Positions 30,549-42,151 of a DNA stretch of 64,000 nt are shown piece after piece. The notes beneath the pieces are model-generated. The model was not told the DNA's origin. It did not search any database and worked only from the letters and a program-made list of their open reading frames with translations. Source of the DNA: Acidobacteriota bacterium (lineage in GTDB: Bacteria > Acidobacteriota > Thermoanaerobaculia > Multivoradales > Multivoraceae). Positions within the stretch are counted from its first letter, which is position 1. Each line of letters begins with the position of its first letter. The stretch covers positions 8,483 through 72,482 of the forward strand of contig JAPPCR010000019.1 of the NCBI GenBank assembly GCA_028875725.1. Reading direction: 5' to 3'. Both the position numbers and the translations under genes were made by a program.

Positions 30549-31910
30549 ATGATGTCGCCGACCGCAGTCGAGGAGGATCTGCGCGCCGCCGACCGCGAGC
30601 AGCTCGAGACGCACGGCATCGGCGTGGACGAGGCGCGGCGCCAGCTCGCCATCCTGCGCGACCCGCCTCCGAAGGCCCGGCTGGTCCGGCCGGCCCTGCT
30701 CGGCGACGGCATCGACCCGCTGCCCGCCGGGTCCGAAGCGGACCGGCTTGCCGAAGCGGGCCGGGCGGCGGCCTCGTCCGGACGGTTGGTCCGGTTCGTG
30801 CCGGCTTCGGGCGCGGCCTCGCGGCTCTTCGCCGAGCTCAAGGCCGCCGCCGCCGGCGCCCCGGACGATCCGGTGCTCGGCCGCTTCGAGAAGGTCCGGC
30901 GCCATCTCCCCTTCGACGCCGCCGCCGGCGCGGCGGAAACTCTCGAACGGTACGGCGACACTCCGAAGGCCCTGATCCCCTTCCACCGCTATCCCGGCGG
31001 TGAGGTGCGCACGGCCCTCGAGGAGCACCTCGTCGAGGCGGCCGCCGTCCTCGGCGACGGCGGTGGATTGGCGGCGCTCCACTTCTCCGTCGCTTCGCGG
31101 CACGGGCCAGCGTTCGAGGCGTTGCTCGCCGAGCGGTTGCCGGCGCTCGAGCGGCGTTGCGGGTGCCGCTTCGAGATCGCCCTCTCCCACCAGTCGCCGG
31201 CCACCGACAGCATCGCCCTGGGCGAGCGGGGCGGGCCGTTCCGGCTCGTTGAGGATCCGGCGTCCCCACTGCTCGTCCGGCCCGGCGGTCATGGCGCGCT
31301 GGTTCGCAATCTCCAGGGACTGGCCGACCAGGGCTACGACCTCATCGCGATGAAGAACATCGACAACATGCAGCCGGAACCGTTCCAGGGCCCGGCGGTC
31401 AGGGGGCTGCGGATTCTGGCCGGCATGGCTCTGGAGCTGGCGCGGAGTGCAGGTCGACCGTCCCGGGTTTGCGGCGTCGTGCCGACCCTGGGCACGGCCG
31501 GCGGCGGTCCCTTCTGGGTGCGGGACGCGTCCGGCGAAGTCGGGCTGCAGATCGTGGAGACGGCCCAGATGGACATGGAGGACGCTGAACAGTCGGCGAT
31601 CCTGGGCAGGTCCACGCACTTCAACCCGGTGTTCATGGTGTGCGCGGTTCTGGCGCCCGGCGGCGAACCGTACCGCCTCGAGGACTACGTCGATCACGCC
31701 GCCAGTTTCCTCGTGGACAAGAGTCACGGCGGCAGGCCGCTGACCGCGCTGGAGCGCCCCGGCCTGTGGAACGGCTCGATGGCCGGGTGGAAGACGCGGT
31801 TCGTCGACCTGCCCGGTGAGGTGTACACGCCGGTCAAGACCGTGTTCGACCTCGCCGGCGAAGAGCACCAGTGCCCGGCGCCAGCGGCCTTCGATGGGGA
31901 CGACCGATGA
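30549..31910 (+). CDS. DUF4301-family protein (uncharacterised; possibly nucleotide-sugar pyrophosphorylase-like fold)
   Basis: The motifs FVPASGAASRLF, RPGGHGAL and IAMKNIDN match my recollection of conserved DUF4301 blocks. Starts 1 nt after the rfbC stop and overlaps the next gene (ATGA). Confidence 0.6.
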   Translation: MMSPTAVEEDLRAADREQLETHGIGVDEARRQLAILRDPPPKARLVRPALLGDGIDPLPAGSEADRLAEAGRAAASSGRLVRFVPASGAASRLFAELKAAAAGAPDDPVLGRFEKVRRHLPFDAAAGAAETLERYGDTPKALIPFHRYPGGEVRTALEEHLVEAAAVLGDGGGLAALHFSVASRHGPAFEALLAERLPALERRCGCRFEIALSHQSPATDSIALGERGGPFRLVEDPASPLLVRPGGHGALVRNLQGLADQGYDLIAMKNIDNMQPEPFQGPAVRGLRILAGMALELARSAGRPSRVCGVVPTLGTAGGGPFWVRDASGEVGLQIVETAQMDMEDAEQSAILGRSTHFNPVFMVCAVLAPGGEPYRLEDYVDHAASFLVDKSHGGRPLTALERPGLWNGSMAGWKTRFVDLPGEVYTPVKTVFDLAGEEHQCPAPAAFDGDDR

Positions 31911-32596
31911 AGGCCGGGCTGGCGCTTCGCATAGCCGCCGTCGTGGCCCTGGTCGTGGCGCTGTTGCTGTTCGGCCGGCGCGTGGCGGGTTACCTGCCCG
32001 AGTTCAGCGCCTGGGTGGACGGCCTCGGCGTGTGGGGGCCGGTCGTGTTCGTTCTTGGCTACACGGTGGCGACCGTCGCCTTCATCCCCGGTTCGCTGCT
32101 CACCCTCGCCGGGGGCGCCATCTTCGGCCTCGCTGAAGGCACCGCGCTGGTGTTCGCCGGCGCCTCGCTGGGCGCGACGGCCGCCTTCCTGGCGTCGAGA
32201 TACATGGTCCGCGGAGCGATCGAACGGAAGGTCGCCGCGGAGCCCCGCTTCGCCGCGATCGACCGGGCGGTCGGCCGCGAGGGGTTCAAGATCGTCCTCC
32301 TCCTGCGCCTCACTCCAGTCGTCCCCTTCGTCCTGCTGAACTACGCCCTGGGGCTGACGAGAGTGAAGCTGCGCGACTACGTCCTGGCCTTCAGCGGCAT
32401 GCTGCCGGCGACCCTGCTTTACGTGTACTACGGCAAGGTGGTCGGCGACCTGGCCGAGATCGCGGCCGGCGGCGGCGGGGAGCGGGGCTGGGAAACCTGG
32501 GTCTTCACGGGCGTCGGGCTGGTCGCCACGATCGCGGTCATCACGGTCGTCACCCGCATCGCCCGCCGGGCGCTCAGGGAAGAGGTGGGCGAGTGA
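31907..32596 (+). CDS. TVP38/TMEM64 (DedA-related, SNARE-associated) membrane protein
   Basis: ATG at 31907. GPVVFVLGYTVATVAFIPGSLLTLAGGAIFG...GATAAFLASRY is the family core. Confidence 0.8.
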   Translation: MKAGLALRIAAVVALVVALLLFGRRVAGYLPEFSAWVDGLGVWGPVVFVLGYTVATVAFIPGSLLTLAGGAIFGLAEGTALVFAGASLGATAAFLASRYMVRGAIERKVAAEPRFAAIDRAVGREGFKIVLLLRLTPVVPFVLLNYALGLTRVKLRDYVLAFSGMLPATLLYVYYGKVVGDLAEIAAGGGGERGWETWVFTGVGLVATIAVITVVTRIARRALREEVGE

Positions 32597-34119
32597 CCAG
32601 GCCGGAACTGCTGGCGGAGGACAGGCACGACCGGGCGTTGACTGACCGGGTTGCGCCCGCCGACTGGACGAACCCGGAGCCGCCCGGGCGATACCACCTG
32701 GTGGTCATCGGCGCGGGCACCGCCGGCCTGGTGACCGCGATCGCCGCCGCGGGACTGGGCGCCAGGGTGGCGCTGATCGAGCGCCGGCTGATGGGCGGCG
32801 ATTGCCTGAACTTCGGCTGCGTGCCGTCCAAGGGCGTGATCGCCGCCGCCCGGCGGTGGAGCGCCGGTCGTGCCGACGCCGGCTTCGGAGCGCCGGGCGC
32901 GGAGCGGCCCGGCGACTTCGCCGCGGCGATGGAGCGCATGCGCCGTATACGTGCGGCGATCAGCTGGGACGACAGCGCGGAGCGCTTCCGGGATGCCGGC
33001 GTCGACGTCTACCTAGGCGAAGGACGCTTTCTCTCCGATCGCGCGGTCGCCGTGACCGGTTCCGCCGGCGACCGCGAACTGCCCTTCCGGCGGGCCGTGA
33101 TCGCCACCGGCGCCCGCCCTCAGGCGCCGCCTATCGCGGGCCTCGAGCGTTGCGGCTACCTGACCAACGAGACCGTCTTCGCCCTGACCGAGCGGCCCGA
33201 GCGACTGGCCGTCATCGGTGCCGGCCCGATCGGCTGTGAACTCTCCCAGGCCTTCGCCCGGCTCGGCAGCCGGGTGACGACCTTCGACGTGCTGCCCGGC
33301 GTCCTGCCGCGCGAGGATCCGGACGCCGCGGCCCTGGTCGAACGGGCGCTTCGCCGTGACGGCGTCGAGCTGGCCCTCGGCGCGAGGATCGAGGAGGCGG
33401 CGCCGGACTCCGACGGCGTCCGGCTCGCCTGGGTCGACAGCGAGGGCGAGAAGCGGGAGACCGCCTGCGACGAACTCCTGGTGGCCGTGGGCCGGGCGCC
33501 CAACGTCGAAGGGCTGGGACTCGAGCAGGTCGGCGTCCGCAGCGATGCCGGCGGCATCCAGGTCGACGCGAAGCTGCGCACGACGAACCCCCGCATCTTC
33601 GCCGCCGGCGACGTGACGCCCGCGCCCAACTTCACCCACCTGGCCGACGCCCATGCCGCGGTCGTCGTCCAGAACGCGCTCTTCTTTCCCAGCGCCCGTG
33701 CCGACCGGCTGGTCGTCCCCCGCTGCACCTACACCGCGCCGGAGGTGGCGCACGCCGGCCTGGACCGGCGGGAAGCGGAGGAGCAGGGAATTGCTCTGGA
33801 CGTGATCGACGTGTCCTTCGAGGAGAATCACCGCGCCCTGCTCGACGGCGAGGAGGAGGGATTCCTGCGGCTTCTGCTGAAGCAGGGCAGCGATCGCGTG
33901 CTCGGGGCCACCGTGGTCGGCGCCGGCGCCGGCGACCTGATCGCACCGCTCGCACTGGCCGTGACACACGGCGTCGGCCTCTCCCGCTTCACCTCGACCA
34001 TCCTTCCGTACCCGACGCGAGCCGAGGTGTTGAAGAGAGCCGCGAACCAGTGGCGGCGGACGCGCTTCACGCCCCGCGCCCAGCGCCTGTTCGCCCGCTG
34101 GTTCCGCCTGACCAGCTAG
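32593..34119 (+). CDS. FAD-dependent pyridine nucleotide-disulfide oxidoreductase (MerA/Lpd-like, class I)
   Basis: The GTG at 32593 overlaps the upstream stop. FAD motif VVIGAGTAGL, redox-active GGDCLNFGCVPSK, and a second Rossmann motif VIGAGPIGCE. No C-terminal Cys pair and no metal-binding N-domain. Confidence 0.85.
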   Translation: MTRPELLAEDRHDRALTDRVAPADWTNPEPPGRYHLVVIGAGTAGLVTAIAAAGLGARVALIERRLMGGDCLNFGCVPSKGVIAAARRWSAGRADAGFGAPGAERPGDFAAAMERMRRIRAAISWDDSAERFRDAGVDVYLGEGRFLSDRAVAVTGSAGDRELPFRRAVIATGARPQAPPIAGLERCGYLTNETVFALTERPERLAVIGAGPIGCELSQAFARLGSRVTTFDVLPGVLPREDPDAAALVERALRRDGVELALGARIEEAAPDSDGVRLAWVDSEGEKRETACDELLVAVGRAPNVEGLGLEQVGVRSDAGGIQVDAKLRTTNPRIFAAGDVTPAPNFTHLADAHAAVVVQNALFFPSARADRLVVPRCTYTAPEVAHAGLDRREAEEQGIALDVIDVSFEENHRALLDGEEEGFLRLLLKQGSDRVLGATVVGAGAGDLIAPLALAVTHGVGLSRFTSTILPYPTRAEVLKRAANQWRRTRFTPRAQRLFARWFRLTS

Positions 34120-34130
34120 GAGCTTGGATG

Positions 34131-34228
34131 GAACCGACCGCCCGCTGGGTGCGCGGGTCTTCTGACCCGCTGCCGCCGGAGGCGGCCAGGAACGCGCCGG
34201 CCGCAGGCCGGCTCCGCTTGGGCGACCG
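34131..34228. repeat. GC-rich REP-like intergenic repeat, long copy 2
   Basis: Aligns with 481-580. Hairpins GCCGCC-GGA-GGCGGC (34172-34186) and GCCGGCC-GCA-GGCCGGC (34196-34212). Lies between convergent gene ends. Confidence 0.7.
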
Positions 34229-34243
34229 GTTCCATCCAGGCTC

Positions 34244-35527
34244 CTACAAGTGGCGCCGGCGCGGCCGTCTTCGCCGCCTTCGGCGTCTCCGCGGCCTGGC
34301 GGTGTCCGCCGGCTTGCCGGGCGGCGCGGCCTCGGCGTGCCGCCGCCAGCTCTCCAGCGCTTCGACGCCGCTGCCGGTGGCGGCGGAGAGGAGGGCGAAG
34401 AGCTCGAGAGCGGGCACGAAGGCTTCGCGTCGGACGAGGCTTGGTACGGTTCTCGGGTTCCGGGGTTCTTCACATAGCCGCTGGAAGGTCTCGAGCGCCT
34501 TCTTCATCCTGCTGCGGCGCGCCGCGGAGAGGGCGAAGCGCTGGCCGAAGTCGGCCACCACGTCGTCCACCAGTTGCTGCAGACGGCGGCGGTGAACCCT
34601 GGCGCCGCCGGCTTCCAGGCGGTCCCTGCCGACCACCACGCGCGGCAGCAGCAGGGACGAGAGGAGCACCGCGGGCGGCACCTCCGGGCCTGCCCGCACC
34701 CGTTTGTCGAGCAGGCGGGCGAGGTTCGCGAAGCTGTTCGCCCCGCTCGACTGTTCCGACACTTCGTCGACCTCGGGGAGGACGATCGGCAGCAGTCCGG
34801 AGTGTCCCATCCAGTCGAAGGCCGCGGCGCTGCGGCCGCTCGCGAGCAATTGGAGCAACTCCTCGATCAGGCGGTGCGGAGACGCCTTGACCATGTCGCG
34901 GCGATGCGCGAAGGCGGCGCCGAGCGTACCCTCCTCGATCTCGAAGTCCAGTCGGGCGGCAAACTCGCAGGCGCGCAGCATGCGCACCGGGTCCTCCCGG
35001 TAGCGCACGTTCGGATCGCCGATCACCCTCAGGGAGCGCTGCTCCAGGTCCTGTATGCCGCCGACGTAGTCGACGACAGCGCGGTCCGAGGCACGGTAGA
35101 GCAGGGCGTTGACGGTGAAGTCGCGGCGGAACGCGTCCTGCCGCGGCGTGCCGTAGGTGTTGTCGCTGGTGACGAGAAGTTCGCCCGGTGAACGGCGCTG
35201 ATCGTCGGGATCGGGTGCGCCGCGGAACGTGGACACCTCGACCACCTCGTCGCTGAACAGGACGTGGACCAGACGAAAGCGCCGGCCGATGATCCGCGAA
35301 TTCCTGAACAACCGCCGCACTTCCTCCGGCCGCGCGTCGGTGACGACGTCGTAGTCCTTCGGCCGACGGTCGAGCATCAGGTCGCGCACGCTGCCTCCCA
35401 CCAGGCAGGCGTTCCTGCCGCTCTGGCGGAGCCGGCGCAGGACCTTCTGCGCGCCGGCGGAGAGCCGGCGTGAGGCGATGGGATGCTCGGAGCGCGGCAG
35501 TACGGTGGCCGGGGCCGGCGCTTCCAT
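34244..35527 (-). CDS. pcnB: Poly(A) polymerase I / tRNA nucleotidyltransferase family
   Basis: CLVGGSVRDLMLDRRPKDYDVVTDARPEEVRRLFRNSRIIGRRFRLVHV signature and an Arg-rich C-terminal tail. Confidence 0.85.
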   Translation of the reverse strand: MEAPAPATVLPRSEHPIASRRLSAGAQKVLRRLRQSGRNACLVGGSVRDLMLDRRPKDYDVVTDARPEEVRRLFRNSRIIGRRFRLVHVLFSDEVVEVSTFRGAPDPDDQRRSPGELLVTSDNTYGTPRQDAFRRDFTVNALLYRASDRAVVDYVGGIQDLEQRSLRVIGDPNVRYREDPVRMLRACEFAARLDFEIEEGTLGAAFAHRRDMVKASPHRLIEELLQLLASGRSAAAFDWMGHSGLLPIVLPEVDEVSEQSSGANSFANLARLLDKRVRAGPEVPPAVLLSSLLLPRVVVGRDRLEAGGARVHRRRLQQLVDDVVADFGQRFALSAARRSRMKKALETFQRLCEEPRNPRTVPSLVRREAFVPALELFALLSAATGSGVEALESWRRHAEAAPPGKPADTARPRRRRRRRRRPRRRHL

Positions 35528-35577
35528 CGGGTCAGGGTATCAACGGCGGCAAGGAGGCGCTGCTAGGCTCCGCCCCC

Positions 35578-36699
35578 GTGGGCGCGCTCGACGGATTGCG
35601 GGTTCTCGACCTGTCGCGGCTCGCGCCCGGCCCCTACTGTTCCATGCTGCTCGCCGACATGGGAGCGGACGTGCTGCGGGTCGACAATGCGGTCGGCGGG
35701 CCGGTCCGCTCGGGCGACATGGTGTCGCGCAACAAGCGGAGCATCGCGCTCAACCTGAAGACGGCGGGCGGCCAGCGGATCCTGCACCGGCTGGCGGCGG
35801 AGGCCGATGTCTTCCTGGAAGGCAACCGGCCGGGCGTCTGTGCGCGGCTGGGCTGCGACTACGCGACGCTGTCGGCGCTCAACCAGCGCCTGGTGTACTG
35901 CTCCCTCACCGGTTACGGGCAGTCGGGCCCGATGGCGCAGGCCGCCGGGCACGACGTGAACTACATCGCCCTGGCGGGCGTGCTGTCGCAGATCGGCAAC
36001 GGCACCGACCCGCCCCTGCCGCCGCTCAACCTGGTCGCCGACTTCGGCGGGGGTGGCTTGATGGCCGCTTTCGGCATCCTCTGCGCCCTGTTCGAGCGCG
36101 AGCGCTCGGGCCGGGGCCAGTACATCGACGCGGCGATGGTCGACGGGGCCGCTTCGCTGATGGCGGTTCACTTCGGGCAGAAGGGGGCGCGCTCGACGCC
36201 CGGCGTCGGACTGCTCGGAGGCGGCGCCGCGTTCTATCGCTGCTACGAATGCAGGTGCGGCGGCTACGTATCGGTGGGCGCCATAGAGCCGCAGTTCTTC
36301 GCCGCCCTTTGCGAAGGCACCGGTGTCGACGTCGCCGACCAGCAGATGGACACCGATCGCTGGCCGGAGCACATCGAGGCGTTTCGACGCGCCTTCCTGA
36401 CGCGGACGCGGGACGAGTGGGCCGAGGTCTTCACCAGGCTGGACGCCTGCGTGTCGCCGGTGCTCGACCTCGACGAGGCGCCCCGGCACGCCCACAACGC
36501 CGAGCGCGGCACGTTTCCGGTCGGCCCCGACGGCGAGATCCACATCGCGCCCGCGCCGCGGCTGGAGCGTACGCCGGGCGCTCTCCGGCGGCGTGAACCG
36601 CGGATGGGAGAGCACACGGGGGACGTTCTGGCCGCGTTGGGCTTCAGCGCGGAAGACATGGTCGAACTGGAAGAGGAAGGAGCGATCCTGAGGACATGA
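35578..36699 (+). CDS. Family III CoA-transferase (CaiB/BaiF; alpha-methylacyl-CoA racemase-like)
   Basis: GLRVLDLSRLAPGPYCSMLLADMGADVLRV, GHDVNYIALAGVL. Likely GTG start at 35578. Confidence 0.8.
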   Translation: MGALDGLRVLDLSRLAPGPYCSMLLADMGADVLRVDNAVGGPVRSGDMVSRNKRSIALNLKTAGGQRILHRLAAEADVFLEGNRPGVCARLGCDYATLSALNQRLVYCSLTGYGQSGPMAQAAGHDVNYIALAGVLSQIGNGTDPPLPPLNLVADFGGGGLMAAFGILCALFERERSGRGQYIDAAMVDGAASLMAVHFGQKGARSTPGVGLLGGGAAFYRCYECRCGGYVSVGAIEPQFFAALCEGTGVDVADQQMDTDRWPEHIEAFRRAFLTRTRDEWAEVFTRLDACVSPVLDLDEAPRHAHNAERGTFPVGPDGEIHIAPAPRLERTPGALRRREPRMGEHTGDVLAALGFSAEDMVELEEEGAILRT

Positions 36700-37213
36700 C
36701 GGACACGAACACGCACGAGGCCCCGTCTGCCGGCGGCGCCGGCAGGGTCTTCGAGGACTTCGAGGTCGGCCAGGTGTTCCGGCACGCGCTCGGCCGCACG
36801 GTCACCGAGGGCGACAACGTGTGGCTGACGATGATCACCCTGAACCCGAACCCGATTCACTTCGACCGAGAGTATGCCGGTCAGACGGAGTGGGGCAGGC
36901 CCCTGGTCAACTCCTGCTTCACGCTTTCGCTGGTCACGGCCCTGACTGTGGCGGACCTTTCGCAGAACGCGGTGAACCTGGGCTGGGACAGCGTCCGCCT
37001 GCCCAACCCGGTGTTCGAGGGCGACACCCTCTACGCGCAGAGCGAAGTGCTCTCCTTGCGCGAATCGAAGTCGCGGCCGCACCAGGGAATCGTCGGCTTC
37101 CGGACCGTCGGCTACAACCAGGACGGCAAGCCGGTCATCACCTTCGACCGTACGATCCTCGTGTACCGCCGGGGCCACGTGCCGGCGAAGCCGACCCGCC
37201 CGGAACTGCGCGC

Positions 37214-37217
<4 letters not shown>
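36696..37217 (+). CDS. MaoC-like (hot-dog) enoyl-CoA hydratase/dehydratase
   Basis: The ATG overlaps the upstream stop. FEDFEVGQVF...TEGDNVWLTMITLNPNPIHFD is a MaoC dehydratase pattern. Confidence 0.8.
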
Positions 37218-38479
<1,262 letters not shown>

Positions 38480-38608
38480 CTTGACTGTCTCACCCCTTCT
38501 TCCTCCCCCCAGAGTTCTGTCCTTCCCGGCATGCGAATCGTCCTGGGCCGCATTCGGCGCGGAGTGTAGCAGTCCCCAATGCGCTCGTGGGGGGCGGCGC
38601 GGTCCGGT

Positions 38609-39310
38609 TCAGACGCCGCGTTCTTCGCCGCCCCAGAGCGTCTTGTGAAGCTGCAGCGAGACCCTCGCCGGCAGCCGGTCCTCGAGCACCCACGAGGCGA
38701 GTTCGGCGGGCTCCAGCGCGCTCCAGACGGGCGACAGATGGACGGTGCAGAGCCGGTCGATCCGATGCGCCCGGATGGCGTTTCGCGCCCACTCGTAGTC
38801 GCCGCGATCGTGGATCACGAGCTTCACCTCGTCCGTCGCTCGCAGGTGCATGAGGTTCGGCCAGTGGTTGTTCTCCGCTTCGCCGCTGGCCGGGCACTTC
38901 AGGTCGACGATTCGCCTGACGCGCGGGTCGACCCCGGAGATGTCGAGTCCGCCGCCGGTCTCGAGCAGGACCTCGAGGCCGCGGTCGCACAAGCCGCTCA
39001 TCAGGGTGTGGACCCCGGGCTGGAGCAGCGGCTCGCCGCCGGTGACTTCGGCCAGGGGACAATCGTACGAGAGCACCCGCTCGATGACGTCGTCGACCCG
39101 CATCCAGGCGCCTTCGTAGAAGCTGTACTCGGTGTCGCACCAGGTGCAGCGCATCTGGCAGCCGGTGAGTCGCACCAGTACGCAGGGGCGGCCCGCGAAG
39201 GTCGACTCGCCCTGGATCGAGTAGAAGATCTCGTTGATCCTGAGGCGCTCGCGGGCCGGAAGCGCGGCGACCGGATCGACCGGAAGACGTCGATCAGGCG
39301 TCGTCGTCAA
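38609..39310 (-). CDS. queE: 7-carboxy-7-deazaguanine synthase (radical SAM)
   Basis: EIFYSIQGESTFAGRPCVLVRLTGCQMRCTWCDTEY (Cx3Cx2C cluster). The annotated start overlaps the acnA end by 17 nt, so the real start may be slightly downstream. Confidence 0.85.
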   Translation of the reverse strand: MTTTPDRRLPVDPVAALPARERLRINEIFYSIQGESTFAGRPCVLVRLTGCQMRCTWCDTEYSFYEGAWMRVDDVIERVLSYDCPLAEVTGGEPLLQPGVHTLMSGLCDRGLEVLLETGGGLDISGVDPRVRRIVDLKCPASGEAENNHWPNLMHLRATDEVKLVIHDRGDYEWARNAIRAHRIDRLCTVHLSPVWSALEPAELASWVLEDRLPARVSLQLHKTLWGGEERGV

Positions 39311-42029
39311 GGAGCTGTCGCAGCACGTACTGGAGTATGCCGGCGTGCCGGTAGTACTCCGCCTCCTGGGGCGTGTCGAGGCGAACGCGCGCGCGGAAGG
39401 CGGTCTCGCCGCCGTCGCCCGTGGCCCGCACTCGCACGGTCAGGCCGGGCTCGAAGTCCGCGGCAAGCCCGGCGGCAAGCCCTTCGATGGCGTACTCCTC
39501 GCGGCCGGTGAGCCCCAGTTCGGTAGGGCCTTCGCCCTCCAGGAACTCGAGCGGCGCGATCCCCATCCCGACCAGGTTGCTGCGGTGGATCCGTTCGTAG
39601 CTCCTGGCGATGACCGCTCGCACGCCGAGGAGCCGGGGCCCCTTGGCTGCCCAGTCGCGCGACGAACCCGTGCCGTACTCGAGGCCGGCCAGGATGATCT
39701 GGGGCACGCCGCGTTCGCGGTAGGCCATCGACGCGTCGAAGATCGACATCTGCTCGCCTTCCGGCAGGAGCACGGTGTAGCCGCCCTCGACTCCCGGCAC
39801 TAGGTGATTGCGCAGGCGGACGTTGGCGAACGTGCCCCGCATCATGACTTCGTGGTTGCCGCGGCGCGCGCCGTAGGCGTTGAAGTCGGCGGGCTCCACG
39901 CCGAGCTCGCGGAGGTAGTGCCCGGCCGGGCTGTCCGGGCTGATCGGGCCGGCGGGTGAGATGTGATCCGTGGTCACCGTGTCGCCGAGCAGCGCCAGCA
40001 CACGGGCGCCGGTGATATCCCGTACCGGCTCGGGCTGCCGCGGCATGTCGGCGAAGAACGGCGGCTGCTTGACGTAGGTCGAGTCGTCCTGCCAGTCGAA
40101 CGTCTGTCCGGCTGGAACGTCGAGCGCCTGCCAGGCTTCGCTTCCCGAGAACACGTCCGAGTACTGCCGCGTGAACATCTCCGGCCTCAGCGAGTTCTCG
40201 AGGGCAGCCTGGATGGCGCCCTGGGCCGGCCAGATGTCGCGCAGGTAGACGGGACCGTCGGGGCCGTCGGCGAGGGGCTCGCGGTACAGGTCGATGTCGA
40301 TGCGGCCGGCGAGCGCGTAGGCCACGACCAGGGGCGGGGAGGCCAGGTAGTTGGCGCGTACTTCGCTCGAGATCCGGCCCTCGAAGTTGCGGTTCCCCGA
40401 GAGGACGGAAACCGTGACCAGCTCGCCTTCGGCGATCGCGGCCGATGTCGCGGGCGGCAACGGGCCGCTGTTGCCGATGCAGGTCGTGCAGCCGTAGCCG
40501 ACGGTGTGGAAGCCGAGCTGCTCCAGGTAGGCGGTCAGGCCGGCTTCAGCCAGGTAGTCGGTGACGACCTTGGACCCGGGCGCCAGACTCGTCTTCACCC
40601 ACGGCCGGGTCCGGAGCCCCGCCTCGACGGCCTTCTTCGCCAGCAGTCCGGCGGCCAGCATGACGGACGGGTTCGAGGTGTTCGTGCAGCTCGTGATCGC
40701 GGCGATGACCACGGAACCGTCCGTGATCCCGGCCGGTTCACCGGCGTCCCCCGCCTTGTCGGTTGCCGGGGCGGGATCGGCGCCGCCGTCGCCGTCGAGC
40801 ACCGGCAGGCCGCTGCCGCGGGTCGACAATTGAGGCAACTGGCCGAGGAAGGAGTCCTTGACCCCGGACAGGGGAACCCGATCCTGGGGCCGCCTTGGTC
40901 CGGCCAGCGACGGCTCGACCGTGGCCAGGTCCAGCTCCAGCGTGTCGCTGTACTCGGCCTCCGGCGTGTCCTGATCGTGGAAGAGCCCCTGTTCGCGGCA
41001 GTACGCCTCGACCAGTTCCACCTGCGCTTCGCTGCGGCCGGTGAACCGGAGGTAGTCGATGGCGGCGCGGTCGATCGGGAAGATGCCGCAGGTGGCTCCG
41101 TACTCGGGCGCCATGTTCGCGATCGTCGCGCGGTCGGCGAGTCTGAGCTCGGCGAGCCCGGGGCCGAAGAACTCGACGAACTTGCCGACGACTCCGTGGC
41201 TGCGCAGCATCTCGGTGACCCGCAGCACGAGGTCGGTGGCGGTGGTGCCCTCCGGCAGGGCGCCGACGAGGCGGAAGCCGACGACCTGCGGCACCAGCAT
41301 CGCGATCGGCTGACCGAGCATCGCGGCCTCCGCCTCGATGCCGCCCACGCCCCAGCCGAGGACGCCCAGGCCGTTGATCATCGTGGTGTGGGAGTCGGTG
41401 CCCACGAGGGTGTCGGGGTAGGCGAAGGGCGGCTCGGCGCGACCGTTCTGCGAATGCATGACGCCGCGCGCCAGGTACTCGAGGTTCACCTGGTGGACGA
41501 TGCCGGTCGCCGGCGGCACGACGCGGAAGTTCTCGAAGGCGGTCTGCCCCCAGCGCAGGAACAGGTAGCGTTCCTCGTTGCGCTCGAACTCCCGTTCGGC
41601 GTTGATCAGGAGCGCGGCGGCGGAGCCGTACTCGTCGACCTGCACCGAGTGGTCGATCACCAGTTCCGCTGGCTGGAGCGGGTTGATCCGGGCGGCATCG
41701 CTGCCCATGGCCGCCATCGCGTCGCGCATCGCGGCCAGGTCGGCCACCGCGGGGACGCCAGTGAAGTCCTGAAGCAGCACCCGTCCGGGCATGAAGGCGA
41801 TTTCGACGTTCGGCTCGGCCCGGGGTTCCCAGCGGGCGACGGCCTCGATGTCGGCGGCCGGCACGGCGTGACCGTCCTCCCGGCGAAGCAGGTTCTCGAG
41901 CAGGATCTTCAGGGCGTACGGCAGGCGCTCCACCGGCAGGCCGGCGGCGCTCAGAGTCGGCAGGTGAGCGATCCGGAAGGATCGGCCGGCGGCGTTCATC
42001 GTCCTTATCGCGCCGAAGCTGTTCGTCAT
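39294..42029 (-). CDS. acnA: Aconitate hydratase A
   Basis: 911 aa. [55 protein letters not shown] and [10 protein letters not shown] motifs. Confidence 0.95.
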   Translation of the reverse strand: MTNSFGAIRTMNAAGRSFRIAHLPTLSAAGLPVERLPYALKILLENLLRREDGHAVPAADIEAVARWEPRAEPNVEIAFMPGRVLLQDFTGVPAVADLAAMRDAMAAMGSDAARINPLQPAELVIDHSVQVDEYGSAAALLINAEREFERNEERYLFLRWGQTAFENFRVVPPATGIVHQVNLEYLARGVMHSQNGRAEPPFAYPDTLVGTDSHTTMINGLGVLGWGVGGIEAEAAMLGQPIAMLVPQVVGFRLVGALPEGTTATDLVLRVTEMLRSHGVVGKFVEFFGPGLAELRLADRATIANMAPEYGATCGIFPIDRAAIDYLRFTGRSEAQVELVEAYCREQGLFHDQDTPEAEYSDTLELDLATVEPSLAGPRRPQDRVPLSGVKDSFLGQLPQLSTRGSGLPVLDGDGGADPAPATDKAGDAGEPAGITDGSVVIAAITSCTNTSNPSVMLAAGLLAKKAVEAGLRTRPWVKTSLAPGSKVVTDYLAEAGLTAYLEQLGFHTVGYGCTTCIGNSGPLPPATSAAIAEGELVTVSVLSGNRNFEGRISSEVRANYLASPPLVVAYALAGRIDIDLYREPLADGPDGPVYLRDIWPAQGAIQAALENSLRPEMFTRQYSDVFSGSEAWQALDVPAGQTFDWQDDSTYVKQPPFFADMPRQPEPVRDITGARVLALLGDTVTTDHISPAGPISPDSPAGHYLRELGVEPADFNAYGARRGNHEVMMRGTFANVRLRNHLVPGVEGGYTVLLPEGEQMSIFDASMAYRERGVPQIILAGLEYGTGSSRDWAAKGPRLLGVRAVIARSYERIHRSNLVGMGIAPLEFLEGEGPTELGLTGREEYAIEGLAAGLAADFEPGLTVRVRATGDGGETAFRARVRLDTPQEAEYYRHAGILQYVLRQLLDDDA

Positions 42030-42151
42030 GTCAGGCTCTCTCGGTGATCGCCGGCCTGGGCAGCCGGACGTTTGAAGTTCAAGTGCGGCCTGGGCCGGAG
42101 ATTACCCAAAGCCGTCCCGCCGCCCGCATGGCCGCGTGTAGAGTCGCGCCC

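Noticed and set aside
32593-34119. Calling the flavoprotein a bona fide mercuric reductase (merA)
   Set aside because: It has the CxxxxC redox centre but lacks the C-terminal Cys-Cys pair and the N-terminal metal-binding domain. No merR, merT or merP genes are nearby. It is kept as a generic class-I disulfide oxidoreductase.
39963-42047. Long antisense ORFs opposite real genes (39963-42047, 45102-47387, 22167-24221, 24164-26572, 10264-11949, 17955-19385, 56694-58376, 33013-34473 and similar)
   Set aside because: All lie opposite or out of frame to genes with strong family signatures. Their translations are dominated by R/G/D/E/P/A. This is typical of stop-codon-poor frames in high-GC DNA.
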